In this document: positions 11,001 to 20,832 of the stretch, piece after piece
Layout of the letters: each line of letters begins with the position of its first letter
How positions within the stretch are numbered: the stretch's first letter is position 1
From: a virus
DNA: 64,000 bases
Strand: one strand, 5' to 3'
Virus record (IMG/VR): IMGVR_UViG_3300025789_000020
Notes under the pieces: model-generated
Seen by the model: the letters and a program-made list of their open reading frames with translations, nothing else
Database searches by the model: none
What the model was told of the DNA's origin: nothing
Translations under genes and position numbers: made by a program

Positions 11001-14000
11001 ACTTGAAGAACTCATTGTTTGCCGCAGTGTTAGGTAATACTGCTCCTAGTAGCAACTATCAAACATTGAATGGTATTAGTTCAGGCAACCAAGCAAAACA
11101 AATCATTGATGTTAGTTTAACAGCTGAAACAGGTTCATTGACTGCTGTACAAACCAATTTAAGCATTGTTACAAATGCTTTAACAGCAAGTTCTGGCGTT
11201 GTACTAACAGGAGTTGTGATTGCAGGCACTTCTGGACAATTGACAGTTCCAGCCGGTACATACACTGTTGGCGCTAGTATTTTAGTAACAGGTACCAATA
11301 CTGGTACTGGTACTATTAGTAGTAATACCATATATTATATTATGACAGGTGGTACTAATGTATCATCTATTCAAGTAACAAATAGTTATGCTAATGCTAC
11401 ATCTAGTCCAGCAGTTGCAGGTACTGTAACTGCCGCTGGAACAACTACTGGTTTAACTTTTACATTCTTCCCTGGAGTAACAGTTGCAGCCGCTCAATTA
11501 CCACAAACAAGCATTATGGTTAAAACTGGTAATTACAGTGAAATACTTCCAATTGTAGTTCCATCTAATACTGCTATTGTAGGCGATGAACTTCGTGGTA
11601 CAGTAATTCAGCCAGCTGGTGCAGTAGCTAATTTAGTTAATGATAAACCTAAATCAGTGTTGGCATTAACACGTACAAAAGCATTGTTAAGTAATCTAGT
11701 TACAAATACATCAATTACTCCAACAAGCGGTAACACTGCAAGCCAAGTAACTAGCCTTCCAGCTGGTGATACTGGTAGCACTGCTGCCGCAAATACTGTG
11801 ATTAATAGTACAGCGTTAATATCTAACATCTTTACTAACGGTTTAGCAGTTGCGCCAACTTATACATTTACTAATCCAACAAACTATAATACTAGTTTCT
11901 TAGTTGGTTACGGTGATGCTAAAGCACAGATTGTACAAAACTACAATTTTATTAAAGCACAAATTAGCCAATACATTTACAATAACTATCTAAGTGTTTA
12001 TAACGCAATTAACGTGGCAAACTGCCAACGTGACGTTGGTTACATCTTAGATGCGTTACAGTACGATATGACTTATGGTACTAACATGCAGACTAACATT
12101 GCTGGTAGTGCTTATTATTCATATGGTGTGTTAACTGAAGCCGCAACAGAAAAAGTTGCAACTATTGCCGCATACACTCAATTAAAATCAATCATTGGTC
12201 AAGTAGCAACAGCAACATTAGTAACTGCACAAACAGCAACTAATGCAAGTATTACTGGTTATACTATTGGTACAGCCTTGTATGTAAGCTCAACAGTTTC
12301 TGGAACAATTCAAGTCGGGCAAGTGATTACTGGCGCAGGTATTGCATCTAACACAATTGTTACTGCATATAACTCAGTTAGTTCTAACTGGACTATTAGT
12401 ATTAGCCAAACAGTTGGCTCTATTGGTTCACCGATAGCAATTACTGGAGCATATCCAACACAAGTACAAACAGGTACTGCTGGATCGGCAAATGCCGCAA
12501 TATATGCTCAAGCTAGAATTCAAAACATTATTGACTGGATTACTAACAATGCGCAAACAACTACAGTTGTAACTACTACAGGAAGTTCAATTGGACCTTC
12601 TAGTACTACATTAACTATTGGTACACTAGTAAGTGGAACAATTGCTGTAGGACAACTAGTAACTGGTACAGGTGTTGCACCTGGAACTTATATCACTGCC
12701 AACATTAGCGGTAGCGGTAATGGATCTACATGGACTGTAAGTGTTAGCCAGACAGTGGCTAGCAGTGCTATCGGGATGCAAAGTTCATTTACTCCAAGCG
12801 ATGCAGGTACCGTGGGACTAAGCAGTGCTAGTTTACAAACAGCGTTTAACGCATTGGTTGCTAAGAAAACAGAAATTCAAAGTGATACAACAGTTTGGGT
12901 ACAAAAGTATTTCCAATCATTGAACTTCAATACTGCAACTTGTTATAGAGATGCTGGTTATATTGTTGATGCACTATGTTATGACCTAGTGTTAGGAACT
13001 AACTTTAACAGTATTATTGTCGGTAAGTCTTATTATCGTGCAATTACTAGTGCGCAAACAGTATTATTAAATCAAACACAAGCAGAAATTGGAGCAATTG
13101 GATTTATTGGCTACAAGGCAAAATTAATTGCAGCCAGCGGTTCAGCCGCACAAGCAAGTGTGATGATAGATGATATTATTGCTACTATTAACGGACAAGT
13201 AACTACTACTGCAACTGCATTTAATTCTTCAGGTAATGTAATTACACTTGCTACAACAGTTGGTGTTTACGTTGGAATGCCAGTAGTGTTTACATCTGGA
13301 AGTCAAGGTGGTACTCAGCAAAATCAAACATACTGGGTATTAACTGTTAATAATTCAACTAATCAGATTACAATCACAGCTACCTACGCAAGTGCAAGCA
13401 CATTTACATTAACAACTGCGGCTTCTACAAACGTATCAGTTACTATTGGTGCTAACGTACAAACACACGGTACTTTAACATACAACAATACGTTAAGTAC
13501 AATTAATGGTGCAGAAATTATTAGAGCTAATATTAATTTCTTAGCTTATGAGTCAGCCGCTTATATTACTGCAAGCTATGGTGGAACAGTATCTGGTACA
13601 AATAGTACTGGAAATCTTATCACAACTACTGGCAATCATAATTTTGTTGCAGGCGATCCTGTTACATTTACAGGTACTGTTGGAATTAGTAACATCGTTG
13701 CAGGAACTCAATACTATGTATTAGCCGCTGGATTAACCGCTACATCGTTTGCTATTACTGCAACACAATTTAGCCTAACTCCAGTACAAATAACAACCGC
13801 AACACTTGGTAGTTTAACAGTTAGTTATTCTTATAACTTAGCTAAGTGCGTTAGAGATACAACATCATACTTAAATGCAATTATCTATGATTTAAACTTT
13901 ACTGGTAATTATAAATCATTACGTGCCGCACAACTGTATAATAATGCAGTCGGTGGATCAGTAACACAAAACATGTTCTTGTTACGTAACGGTACAGGTC

Positions 14001-17000
14001 TACGAAATATGACTATGACTGGATTGACTGGAACACTAGGTCCTGCAAATGCGTTCGGTACAAAACGTCCAACAGCAGGTGCTTACAGTTCGTTAGATAC
14101 AGGTTTTGGACCAAACGATAGCAATGTATGGATTTATGCTCGTAGCCCATACACACAAAACTGTACAATGTTTGGTTATGGTTGCGTAGGTATGAAAATT
14201 GACGGATCACTACATGCCGGTGGTAACCGTTCTATTGTTGCTAACGACTATACAACTATTCTAAGTGACGGTATTGGTGTATGGTGTACAGGTTCAAGTT
14301 CATTAACTGAGCTAGTTTCTGTGTTCTGTTACTACAGTTATGCTGGTTACCTAGCAGAGCTAGGTGGACGTATGCGTGCCACAAACGGTAACAGTTCATA
14401 TGGTACGTATGGTACATTAGCTGAAGGCGGTGATACTTATGAAGTTCCGGTGACAGCCGCTATCAATAACCGGTCTAGTCAAGCAACAGTTACTAACGTG
14501 TTTACAGATAGTACAAATGCAATCTACCGATTTGAATTCTTCAATGCTGGATCAGGTTATAACTCAGCCACATGGTCGATTGGCGGTACTGGTTATAATG
14601 CCGCAGTTGTTGCTAATGAATTCCGTGATAATGCAGTGTTTGAAGTTCGCCCATTAACAGGCGGCGCAAACTATGTTACACAGTCAAACGTAGCTCAGGC
14701 TGGTACACTATACCAGATCAACTTAGCCGCAACAGACAGTGCTATTAGTGCAGCCTACGTTGGTATGCGAATTAACTTAACTGGTGGTACCGGTAACGGA
14801 CAAACTGGTTATATTGTTAATTACAATTCAGGTACTAAATTAGCAAACGTTGCTAAAGAAAGTTTTGTTCCTATAACATTAACTTTATGCTCTACATCAA
14901 CATTTACTACATCTTCTAATACAAATACATTGTATGCGAACATGCCAATATATTTTAGTGGGTCAAGTACCTTTGGTGGCAATAACATTACTCCACTTAC
15001 TACAGTCTACTGGGTGATTGGTGCAAGTTTATCTAGCGGCGGTACAACATTCTCAGTGGCAGCAAGTAGCGGAAGTTCAACACCTGTAGTACTAACAGCA
15101 GGTAGTGGTACTATGCTAGTTAATGCCGCTGGGTGGGACCATGTTGTTCCTGGTACAGTTAACGCTACAAACTTAGACTTAACAACTACATACATCATTG
15201 AGCCAAGAGTAACAGCTAGTGCTCCTGGATTTACTCCAAGCCTTGGAACTCAAGTGGTTAATGCCGCTGGTTGGGCTGATGTTGCATACGGTGATACTAA
15301 CGTTACATATAACTCTGTATCTGGTACAATTGGATTAGGTACTGGTACATTAAGTAGTGGTACTGGAGCAACATTTACTGTTGTTCGTACAGGAGTTGCA
15401 TATGCTGTAACTATTGCTACTGGTGGTACATTATATACTATTGGTAATACTATAACACTTCCTGGCACAAGTTTGGGCGGTGTAAGTACAACTAACGATA
15501 TTACTATTATCGTTACAAATATAAACACTACTACTGGTGCTATTACTAACTTTACATATACTGGGGTAGGATCAGGTGGGTACTATGTTGCAATTACTTC
15601 TAACGGTAATGCAACACAGTACAGTGCTAACGGTACAACATGGACTGCAGGTGGTACATTATCATCTAGCACAACATGGACAGCTATTGCTTATGGCGGA
15701 GGCACATGGGTTGCTATTGCTAAAGGCGGAACACTTTCAAACTACGCAACGACTCCATTAACATGGACTGCAAGTAGTGCAATGCCTGCTACTGCAAACT
15801 GGAGTGCTATTGCTTACGGTAATGGTAGATTTATGGCAGTTGCATCAGGCAGTGCAAACGCAGCCTATAGTACCAACGGTCAAAACTGGACAAATACTAA
15901 CGCATTGCCATCTAGTTCTACTTGGAACGGTGTAGCATATGGTGGTACAATTTGGGTAGCTATTGCAGGCGGTGTTTCTGGTTCAACAGTAGCCGCTTCG
16001 AGTGCAGATGGTACAACATGGACTGCTAGAACACTTCCAAGTTCACAAAACTGGACTAGTGTATCATTTGGTAAAAACATATTTGTAGCAATTGCGGCTT
16101 CAACAACTGCTACTGCTTACAGTATTGATGGTATTACATGGAAGAGTTCAGGTGCAGGTATGGCTGTTAGCCTACCATGGAGCAAAGTTCGTTATGGTCA
16201 AGGTCTATTCTTGGCAGCACCAGCTTCACAAAACCAAACTATTACAGCAACATCTAGTACTAGTGCAACATTTGCAGGTTATATTAGTGCTGTAACAGGT
16301 ATAAGCGGAACAACTGGTACAGTATTAACAGTAACTGGTTCAGTAGTTGGTACAATTGCAGTTGGTATGAACCTAAGCGGTGGTGGTACACAAAATGGAA
16401 CTTACATTGTTTCAACAGGTACTGGATCAGGTGGTACTGGTACTTACAACGTGAGCATTGCTAACAACGTTGGTACAACTGGATCTCCAGCATCATTTAC
16501 AGGTGTAAACAATTTAATTACAGTAAGTTCAACTACTGGTATTGTTGCAGGTGAAACATTCATTCCCACAGCAGTTACACAAACTCCTACAGCTACAGCT
16601 ACAACAAACGCTACAGCTACAATGACTAGCTCAAGCATTGCTGTAACTACAGGTATTTTAACAGTTGGTACACTATCAACTGGTACAATATATGTTGGTA
16701 TGGTGTTAACTGGCGGTAGTATTGCAGCCGGAGTATATATTACTGCTAACATTAGTGGTACCGGTAACGGGTCAACATGGCAGACTAACACAACTACTGC
16801 ACAGTCTAGTACAACAATTACTGGTACATTAAGTTCAATTACAGTTTCTAGTACTGCTGGATTAGTACCAGGTGAAAGTTTTGTGTCTACATCAAGTACA
16901 CAGTCTACTTCGGTAGTATCAACTGCGGCTTCTAGTGCAAACATTACACTAGCAAACTCAACCGGTATTGCTGTTGGTGAACCAATTGTGTTTACAGCCG

Positions 17001-20000
17001 CAACATTTAACCCTGTATTGCTAGCTGCCGCAACTGGAACTAACTTATTAACAGTAAGTAGCACAAGTAATTTAGTTGTAAATCAATCTATTGTCTTTAC
17101 AGCAGTTACACAAGGTACATCAGCAACAGCTACAACATCAGCTACTGCTACTATGACAGGTAGCACGATTGGTGGAACTGGTGTACTAACAGTTGGCACA
17201 CTAACAGCAGGCACTATATCAGTTGGTATGGTGTTAACTGGTGGTAGCATTGGGTCAAACGTGTACATTACTGCTAACTTATTAGGTAGTGGTAGTGGAT
17301 CAACATGGCAAACTAGTACAACTACACCACAAACTAGTACTACAATTACAGGAACATTAAGTTCAGTAACAGTTGGTTCTACAACTGGCATGGTTGTTGG
17401 CGAAACATTTAACGCTGTAGCAGTTACAGCTTCTACAACAGCTACTCAAACAACTACAACAAGTGCTACAATGCTTAACAGCAGTATCACTAGTGGTATT
17501 TTAACAGTTGGTACTGTATCAAGCGGTATTGTTACAATTGGTATGGCACTAAGTGGATCTGGTGTAACAGCTGGAGCATACATTGTTGCTAACATCAGCG
17601 GTAACGGTACTAGTGCTGGTAGTCAATGGGCTGTAAGTTCTGTACAAACAACAAACGTTAGTACAACAACTATTACTGGTACAAGTTATGTTGTAACTGT
17701 AGCTAGCAATAGTAATATGGTTGTCGGTGAATCATTTGCTACAGGATCATCTGGCGCATTTGGTAACTTAGCTAACAGTGCAACTTACTATATTTTAACA
17801 ATTAACAGTACATATATTACAATCAGTTCTACTCCAGGTGGTGCACCTTTTGTATTAACCAATGCAACTGGTACAGTTACAATTACAGCTGGTGCGGCAT
17901 TAGGCGGATTAACTAGCGGAAGCACATACTATATCTTAACAATCCCAACTTCAAGTACAGTTACATTAGGTTCTAACTTTGGTACAAACCCAGTAAGTTT
18001 AATTAACGGTGTAGGTAACTGGACTGTAACAACTGGACAAACATTTAGTTCTGTTACAGCTGGTGTAACTTATTACATAACTCAAGTTAATAGCGGTAGT
18101 AGCACTATCCAAATTTCTGCTACTGTTGGCGGCTCAACTCTAAACTTAACTACTGCGGCTGCAGGAGCATGGACTTCTGTTGCTGGCGGAGTTTTAGGCG
18201 GTATTGTTTCCGCTACCCAAACTTATTATGTATTATCTAACAATACAGGTACTAACGTAATTACTGTAGCTACCAGCTATAACGGTTCAGCAGTAACATG
18301 GGTACTAGGTGGTGGTTCATGGGCCGCAAGTGCTGGTGTAAGTTTAGGTGGTCCTGTAGCAACAGTCGGTCAAGTAACCACAGTTGCCGCAGGAACTGGT
18401 GTAATTACTACAACACAAACTGTATCAGCTCTAGGTATTAGTGTTGGTTCTATGATTTACTTCACTAACGGTACTGGTACAGTGTTTGGCGGACCAACTG
18501 CTAACACAATTTACTATGTAAACTCTGCAAGCACTAATAGTGTAACAGTAGCTACATACTCAGGCGGCGCTGGAACTGGAACAGCTTATACAACATGGGC
18601 TGGCGGTTCAGGTACTATGAATATTAACGTTGTTAGCACTGGTCTAGTAACAGGTATTCCATACTATATCTTAACAGTTGGTTCTGGATATGTTACAGTT
18701 GGTTCAAGTTTTGGCGGTGCTCCGATTCCATTAACTTCAAGCACTGGTGATTCTTGGTCTACAGCATGTGGTACAATATTTGGCGGGTTAGTATCAACTA
18801 GCACATATTATATCCAACAGGTATTCTCTGGAACTAGTCAGCTACAAGTTAGCCAGACATTAACTGGAGCATCGTATACATTGACAAGTGGTGCAGGATC
18901 TTGGACTTCGACAGCAGGTGCCGCAACACAGATATCTACGTCAAATGACGGTATTAATTGGGTTGCACAAAACTTAACGTCAGTAGCTTCATGGCCTGCA
19001 ATTGCATTTGGCAATCCAAGTTCAACACCGTTGTGGGTTGCATGCTCATTGAATACTGCAATATTCAATACAGTTGTTACTGGTGCTACTGCAACACTAC
19101 GTTGTAAAGTAAGTGCAGGTGCAATTAGTGAATATCGTATGATAGAGCCAGGTAGCGGATATCTAAATTTACCATCAATTACTATAGTTGATCCTAACCA
19201 AACTAGTAGTGCTACACAAAATCCTCGAATTGGTATAGGCGCACTGGCAAATCCGATGTGGACTAACAGAGGATTGCAGTATGCAACTGGTACTGCTACA
19301 GTTACAGGTAATGGTTATGCTGATGAATATCAGACTACATCTTATATTAACGTATCAGGATTATATACTACACCTACAGCTGGCGCAAATATTCAAATTG
19401 CAGGTAACGGAAGTTACTATAAATTAGTACAAGTTACTAACTTATTAGGAACTGGTCCCGGACTTGCACCGTATACTGCGATTTTCCAAATTAGTCCAGC
19501 ATTTATTTCTGCTAATGCACCGGTGCATGGATCAGCAATGACGCTGAAATTGAAATATAGCCAAGTACGTTTAACAGGACATGACTTCTTAAGTATCGGT
19601 ACTGGTAATCAAACTACAACGAACTACCCAGGTACACCGTTACAAGCACCACAACCAACCCTACAAACTGTAGGAAATGGCGGCGGTCGAGTGTTCTATA
19701 CAAGTACTGACCAGGACGGTAACTTCCAAGTTGGTACATTATTCAGTGTTCAACAGGCAACTGGTGTAGCAAGTATTAACGCTGATGCGTTTAACTTGGC
19801 AGGATTGAACTCATTGACCCTGGGTTCTATATCGTTAGGTTCTAGTAATGCAACTATTACTCAGTTCTCAACAGACCCGTACTTTACAGCCAATAGTGAC
19901 AACATTGTGCCAACACAAAAAGCTATTAAATCATACATTAGTAGCCAAATTGGTGGTGGTTCTAGTGCTTTGAACGTAAATACACTTACAGCAGGTGTAA

Positions 20001-20131
20001 TTTATATCGCAGGAAACTCAATTTCAACTTCAACACAAGTTCAAATTTTAGTACCTGCAACTATGAATTTCACCGGAGCAAATGCAGGTATCAACGGGAT
20101 ACCGCTAGCAATGAACTTTTTATTACAATAA
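8009..20131 (+). CDS. Giant tail fibre/spike protein (4040 aa), paralogue of the 1969-aa protein with large insertions
   Basis: SD GGAG. Collinear conserved blocks shared with the 1969-aa protein (MA.FK..RI.F.W, IVGDELRGTVIQP, RATNGNSSYGTYGT, TGHDFL.IGTGN, TSTDQDGNF.VG, VPTQKA). Confidence 0.8.
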   Translation: MAEFKLGRIKFVWQGNWSASTTYVKDDVVRYGGQTYMCVLGHTATSNFYTDLASGDWQIVSDGSTWTGAWVTSTFYKLRDIVSYGGRLYICNTPHTSAATTILGLEANQSNWDLYASSFNWVSAGWTVSTKYKVNDIVNYGANTYICNTAHTSASTTALGLENDISNWDIWTKGLAWTGAWTTSYRYRANDIVLYGGISYVCNTGHTSASTATLGLENDQSKWDYLHKGITYLGAWSGSSVRYKANDVVKYGADLWICGTAHTSSSTFATANWSVWIAGLQFYNSWSNGTTYQNGDIVTYGGYQYVSLTVNTGSTPSATSSDWSIFTTGFTLLGDWVSGTSYQTGNVVRLGGYTYVATLDNSVQTVTATATTNTTASNTGAFITGTTMTAAGTQTGTYSAGMTLTGGAVAVGTTITTVNTATMGNSSILGQTLTISGTITGTISIGMVVTGGAITAGTYITAGSGTSWTVNQTQSGVSSITITGTSYTVSSSQSVSSANITGSINAITVGSTAKLLPNLPLVFSGTTFGNIVANTTTYYVGTIISLTQFTVSTSSGGLPFTLVTASGSMTGTTNPTPPFTGYWSRLNSGIRWNPTTQTYSAISGTNVIGSGSSATFNVIASSTTYTVTVANGGTGYANTNTIKILGTSLGGISPANDLLITVTNVSGGVIQSGGISTTGYAVSWATATGYVAGDTVTFGSNSYICVAAHTSASGNRPDADVTGTYWNVLAVGSVTNVLTTQGDTIYYGGAGPTRLPIGTDGQVLRTSTVAGQLTPQWAYFGVINNVVYVAPTGTDVLGNGQGQTLDKPWQTVRYAALQVENGYLNTSAQALLAKNKQFMMKEITNFIIYNYTVTITATTGGSPGTGTNSTFTCNSTAYLSLYMPIVFSVTSVNVTAGVTYYISNIVDATHFSISTSYGGTTQALTATGNIGQTATLVYNSAKCERDVGYLVDAAIFDIGHGGNQKNTSAAQSYFNSTGNPITTSFGYQISQSVTAYTYLKNSLFAAVLGNTAPSSNYQTLNGISSGNQAKQIIDVSLTAETGSLTAVQTNLSIVTNALTASSGVVLTGVVIAGTSGQLTVPAGTYTVGASILVTGTNTGTGTISSNTIYYIMTGGTNVSSIQVTNSYANATSSPAVAGTVTAAGTTTGLTFTFFPGVTVAAAQLPQTSIMVKTGNYSEILPIVVPSNTAIVGDELRGTVIQPAGAVANLVNDKPKSVLALTRTKALLSNLVTNTSITPTSGNTASQVTSLPAGDTGSTAAANTVINSTALISNIFTNGLAVAPTYTFTNPTNYNTSFLVGYGDAKAQIVQNYNFIKAQISQYIYNNYLSVYNAINVANCQRDVGYILDALQYDMTYGTNMQTNIAGSAYYSYGVLTEAATEKVATIAAYTQLKSIIGQVATATLVTAQTATNASITGYTIGTALYVSSTVSGTIQVGQVITGAGIASNTIVTAYNSVSSNWTISISQTVGSIGSPIAITGAYPTQVQTGTAGSANAAIYAQARIQNIIDWITNNAQTTTVVTTTGSSIGPSSTTLTIGTLVSGTIAVGQLVTGTGVAPGTYITANISGSGNGSTWTVSVSQTVASSAIGMQSSFTPSDAGTVGLSSASLQTAFNALVAKKTEIQSDTTVWVQKYFQSLNFNTATCYRDAGYIVDALCYDLVLGTNFNSIIVGKSYYRAITSAQTVLLNQTQAEIGAIGFIGYKAKLIAASGSAAQASVMIDDIIATINGQVTTTATAFNSSGNVITLATTVGVYVGMPVVFTSGSQGGTQQNQTYWVLTVNNSTNQITITATYASASTFTLTTAASTNVSVTIGANVQTHGTLTYNNTLSTINGAEIIRANINFLAYESAAYITASYGGTVSGTNSTGNLITTTGNHNFVAGDPVTFTGTVGISNIVAGTQYYVLAAGLTATSFAITATQFSLTPVQITTATLGSLTVSYSYNLAKCVRDTTSYLNAIIYDLNFTGNYKSLRAAQLYNNAVGGSVTQNMFLLRNGTGLRNMTMTGLTGTLGPANAFGTKRPTAGAYSSLDTGFGPNDSNVWIYARSPYTQNCTMFGYGCVGMKIDGSLHAGGNRSIVANDYTTILSDGIGVWCTGSSSLTELVSVFCYYSYAGYLAELGGRMRATNGNSSYGTYGTLAEGGDTYEVPVTAAINNRSSQATVTNVFTDSTNAIYRFEFFNAGSGYNSATWSIGGTGYNAAVVANEFRDNAVFEVRPLTGGANYVTQSNVAQAGTLYQINLAATDSAISAAYVGMRINLTGGTGNGQTGYIVNYNSGTKLANVAKESFVPITLTLCSTSTFTTSSNTNTLYANMPIYFSGSSTFGGNNITPLTTVYWVIGASLSSGGTTFSVAASSGSSTPVVLTAGSGTMLVNAAGWDHVVPGTVNATNLDLTTTYIIEPRVTASAPGFTPSLGTQVVNAAGWADVAYGDTNVTYNSVSGTIGLGTGTLSSGTGATFTVVRTGVAYAVTIATGGTLYTIGNTITLPGTSLGGVSTTNDITIIVTNINTTTGAITNFTYTGVGSGGYYVAITSNGNATQYSANGTTWTAGGTLSSSTTWTAIAYGGGTWVAIAKGGTLSNYATTPLTWTASSAMPATANWSAIAYGNGRFMAVASGSANAAYSTNGQNWTNTNALPSSSTWNGVAYGGTIWVAIAGGVSGSTVAASSADGTTWTARTLPSSQNWTSVSFGKNIFVAIAASTTATAYSIDGITWKSSGAGMAVSLPWSKVRYGQGLFLAAPASQNQTITATSSTSATFAGYISAVTGISGTTGTVLTVTGSVVGTIAVGMNLSGGGTQNGTYIVSTGTGSGGTGTYNVSIANNVGTTGSPASFTGVNNLITVSSTTGIVAGETFIPTAVTQTPTATATTNATATMTSSSIAVTTGILTVGTLSTGTIYVGMVLTGGSIAAGVYITANISGTGNGSTWQTNTTTAQSSTTITGTLSSITVSSTAGLVPGESFVSTSSTQSTSVVSTAASSANITLANSTGIAVGEPIVFTAATFNPVLLAAATGTNLLTVSSTSNLVVNQSIVFTAVTQGTSATATTSATATMTGSTIGGTGVLTVGTLTAGTISVGMVLTGGSIGSNVYITANLLGSGSGSTWQTSTTTPQTSTTITGTLSSVTVGSTTGMVVGETFNAVAVTASTTATQTTTTSATMLNSSITSGILTVGTVSSGIVTIGMALSGSGVTAGAYIVANISGNGTSAGSQWAVSSVQTTNVSTTTITGTSYVVTVASNSNMVVGESFATGSSGAFGNLANSATYYILTINSTYITISSTPGGAPFVLTNATGTVTITAGAALGGLTSGSTYYILTIPTSSTVTLGSNFGTNPVSLINGVGNWTVTTGQTFSSVTAGVTYYITQVNSGSSTIQISATVGGSTLNLTTAAAGAWTSVAGGVLGGIVSATQTYYVLSNNTGTNVITVATSYNGSAVTWVLGGGSWAASAGVSLGGPVATVGQVTTVAAGTGVITTTQTVSALGISVGSMIYFTNGTGTVFGGPTANTIYYVNSASTNSVTVATYSGGAGTGTAYTTWAGGSGTMNINVVSTGLVTGIPYYILTVGSGYVTVGSSFGGAPIPLTSSTGDSWSTACGTIFGGLVSTSTYYIQQVFSGTSQLQVSQTLTGASYTLTSGAGSWTSTAGAATQISTSNDGINWVAQNLTSVASWPAIAFGNPSSTPLWVACSLNTAIFNTVVTGATATLRCKVSAGAISEYRMIEPGSGYLNLPSITIVDPNQTSSATQNPRIGIGALANPMWTNRGLQYATGTATVTGNGYADEYQTTSYINVSGLYTTPTAGANIQIAGNGSYYKLVQVTNLLGTGPGLAPYTAIFQISPAFISANAPVHGSAMTLKLKYSQVRLTGHDFLSIGTGNQTTTNYPGTPLQAPQPTLQTVGNGGGRVFYTSTDQDGNFQVGTLFSVQQATGVASINADAFNLAGLNSLTLGSISLGSSNATITQFSTDPYFTANSDNIVPTQKAIKSYISSQIGGGSSALNVNTLTAGVIYIAGNSISTSTQVQILVPATMNFTGANAGINGIPLAMNFLLQ

Positions 20132-20151
20132 AATTAACGGAGAAATAAAAC

Positions 20152-20472
20152 ATGGCAACAGGAAGATTAGGATACGCAGACCTTTCAGCGGTTACCTGGA
20201 CCGTAGTATACACAGTTCCAACAAACACGTTTACAGTAGCTACTTTAAACATTGTTAATAGGAGCAATTCGGCAGTTTCAGTGTCTGTGGCATTATCCAC
20301 TTCCACTACGCCAGCAGCCGGTGAATATCTTGAATACCAGTGTGAAGTTTTAGCACACGGGGTCTTGCAATTAACAGGATTGGTGTTAAATGCTGGTTTA
20401 AACCTATTAGCATACTCAACCACCGCAAACGTTGGCGCAATGGCATTCGGCATTGAGACTTCAACGGTATAA
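20152..20472 (+). CDS. Small beta-rich virion protein (106 aa)
   Basis: SD GGAG; similar to 1319..1648. Confidence 0.55.
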   Translation: MATGRLGYADLSAVTWTVVYTVPTNTFTVATLNIVNRSNSAVSVSVALSTSTTPAAGEYLEYQCEVLAHGVLQLTGLVLNAGLNLLAYSTTANVGAMAFGIETSTV

Positions 20473-20475
20473 ATA
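20468..20475 (+). promoter_or_regulatory. T4-type late promoter TATAAATA
   Basis: Exact T4 consensus ahead of the adhesin/chaperone cassette. Confidence 0.7.
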
Positions 20476-20496
20476 CACTGATAAAGGAATATTCAC

Positions 20497-20820
20497 ATGG
20501 GACGATATATCACAACAACTGGAACAGCTGGATCTGTAGTTAGGATTAATGCTGGTACCAACTACCAAGCATTAGTTAACGACAGAATTCTATGCACAGC
20601 TGGTGGACAAACAATTACACTACCTTCTTATACAACTAGCTTAGACGGCGACACTGTACAGGTTATTGATGTAGGTGGAAATTTTGCCTCTTCAAACTGC
20701 ACGATTGGTAGAAACGGTTCAACTATCCAAAGTTTAGGCCAAGATTTAACAGTTAACGTAGCTTATGTTACAGTAACATTGGTTTATAGTACAGCGGCTG
20801 GTTGGATCATCATTAAATAA
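20497..20820 (+). CDS. Small fibre adaptor-like protein (107 aa)
   Basis: TITLP...GD.VQVID..GNF...IGRNG..I...DL...LVY....W pattern seen in T4-like fibre connector domains; preceded by TATAAATA and SD AAGGA. Confidence 0.5.
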   Translation: MGRYITTTGTAGSVVRINAGTNYQALVNDRILCTAGGQTITLPSYTTSLDGDTVQVIDVGGNFASSNCTIGRNGSTIQSLGQDLTVNVAYVTVTLVYSTAAGWIIIK

Positions 20821-20832
20821 AAGAGAAGCAAT

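Noticed and set aside
8009-20131. Inteins explaining the large insertions
   Set aside because: The inserts lack C/S...HN-C/S/T termini and LAGLIDADG motifs; they consist of structural repeats.
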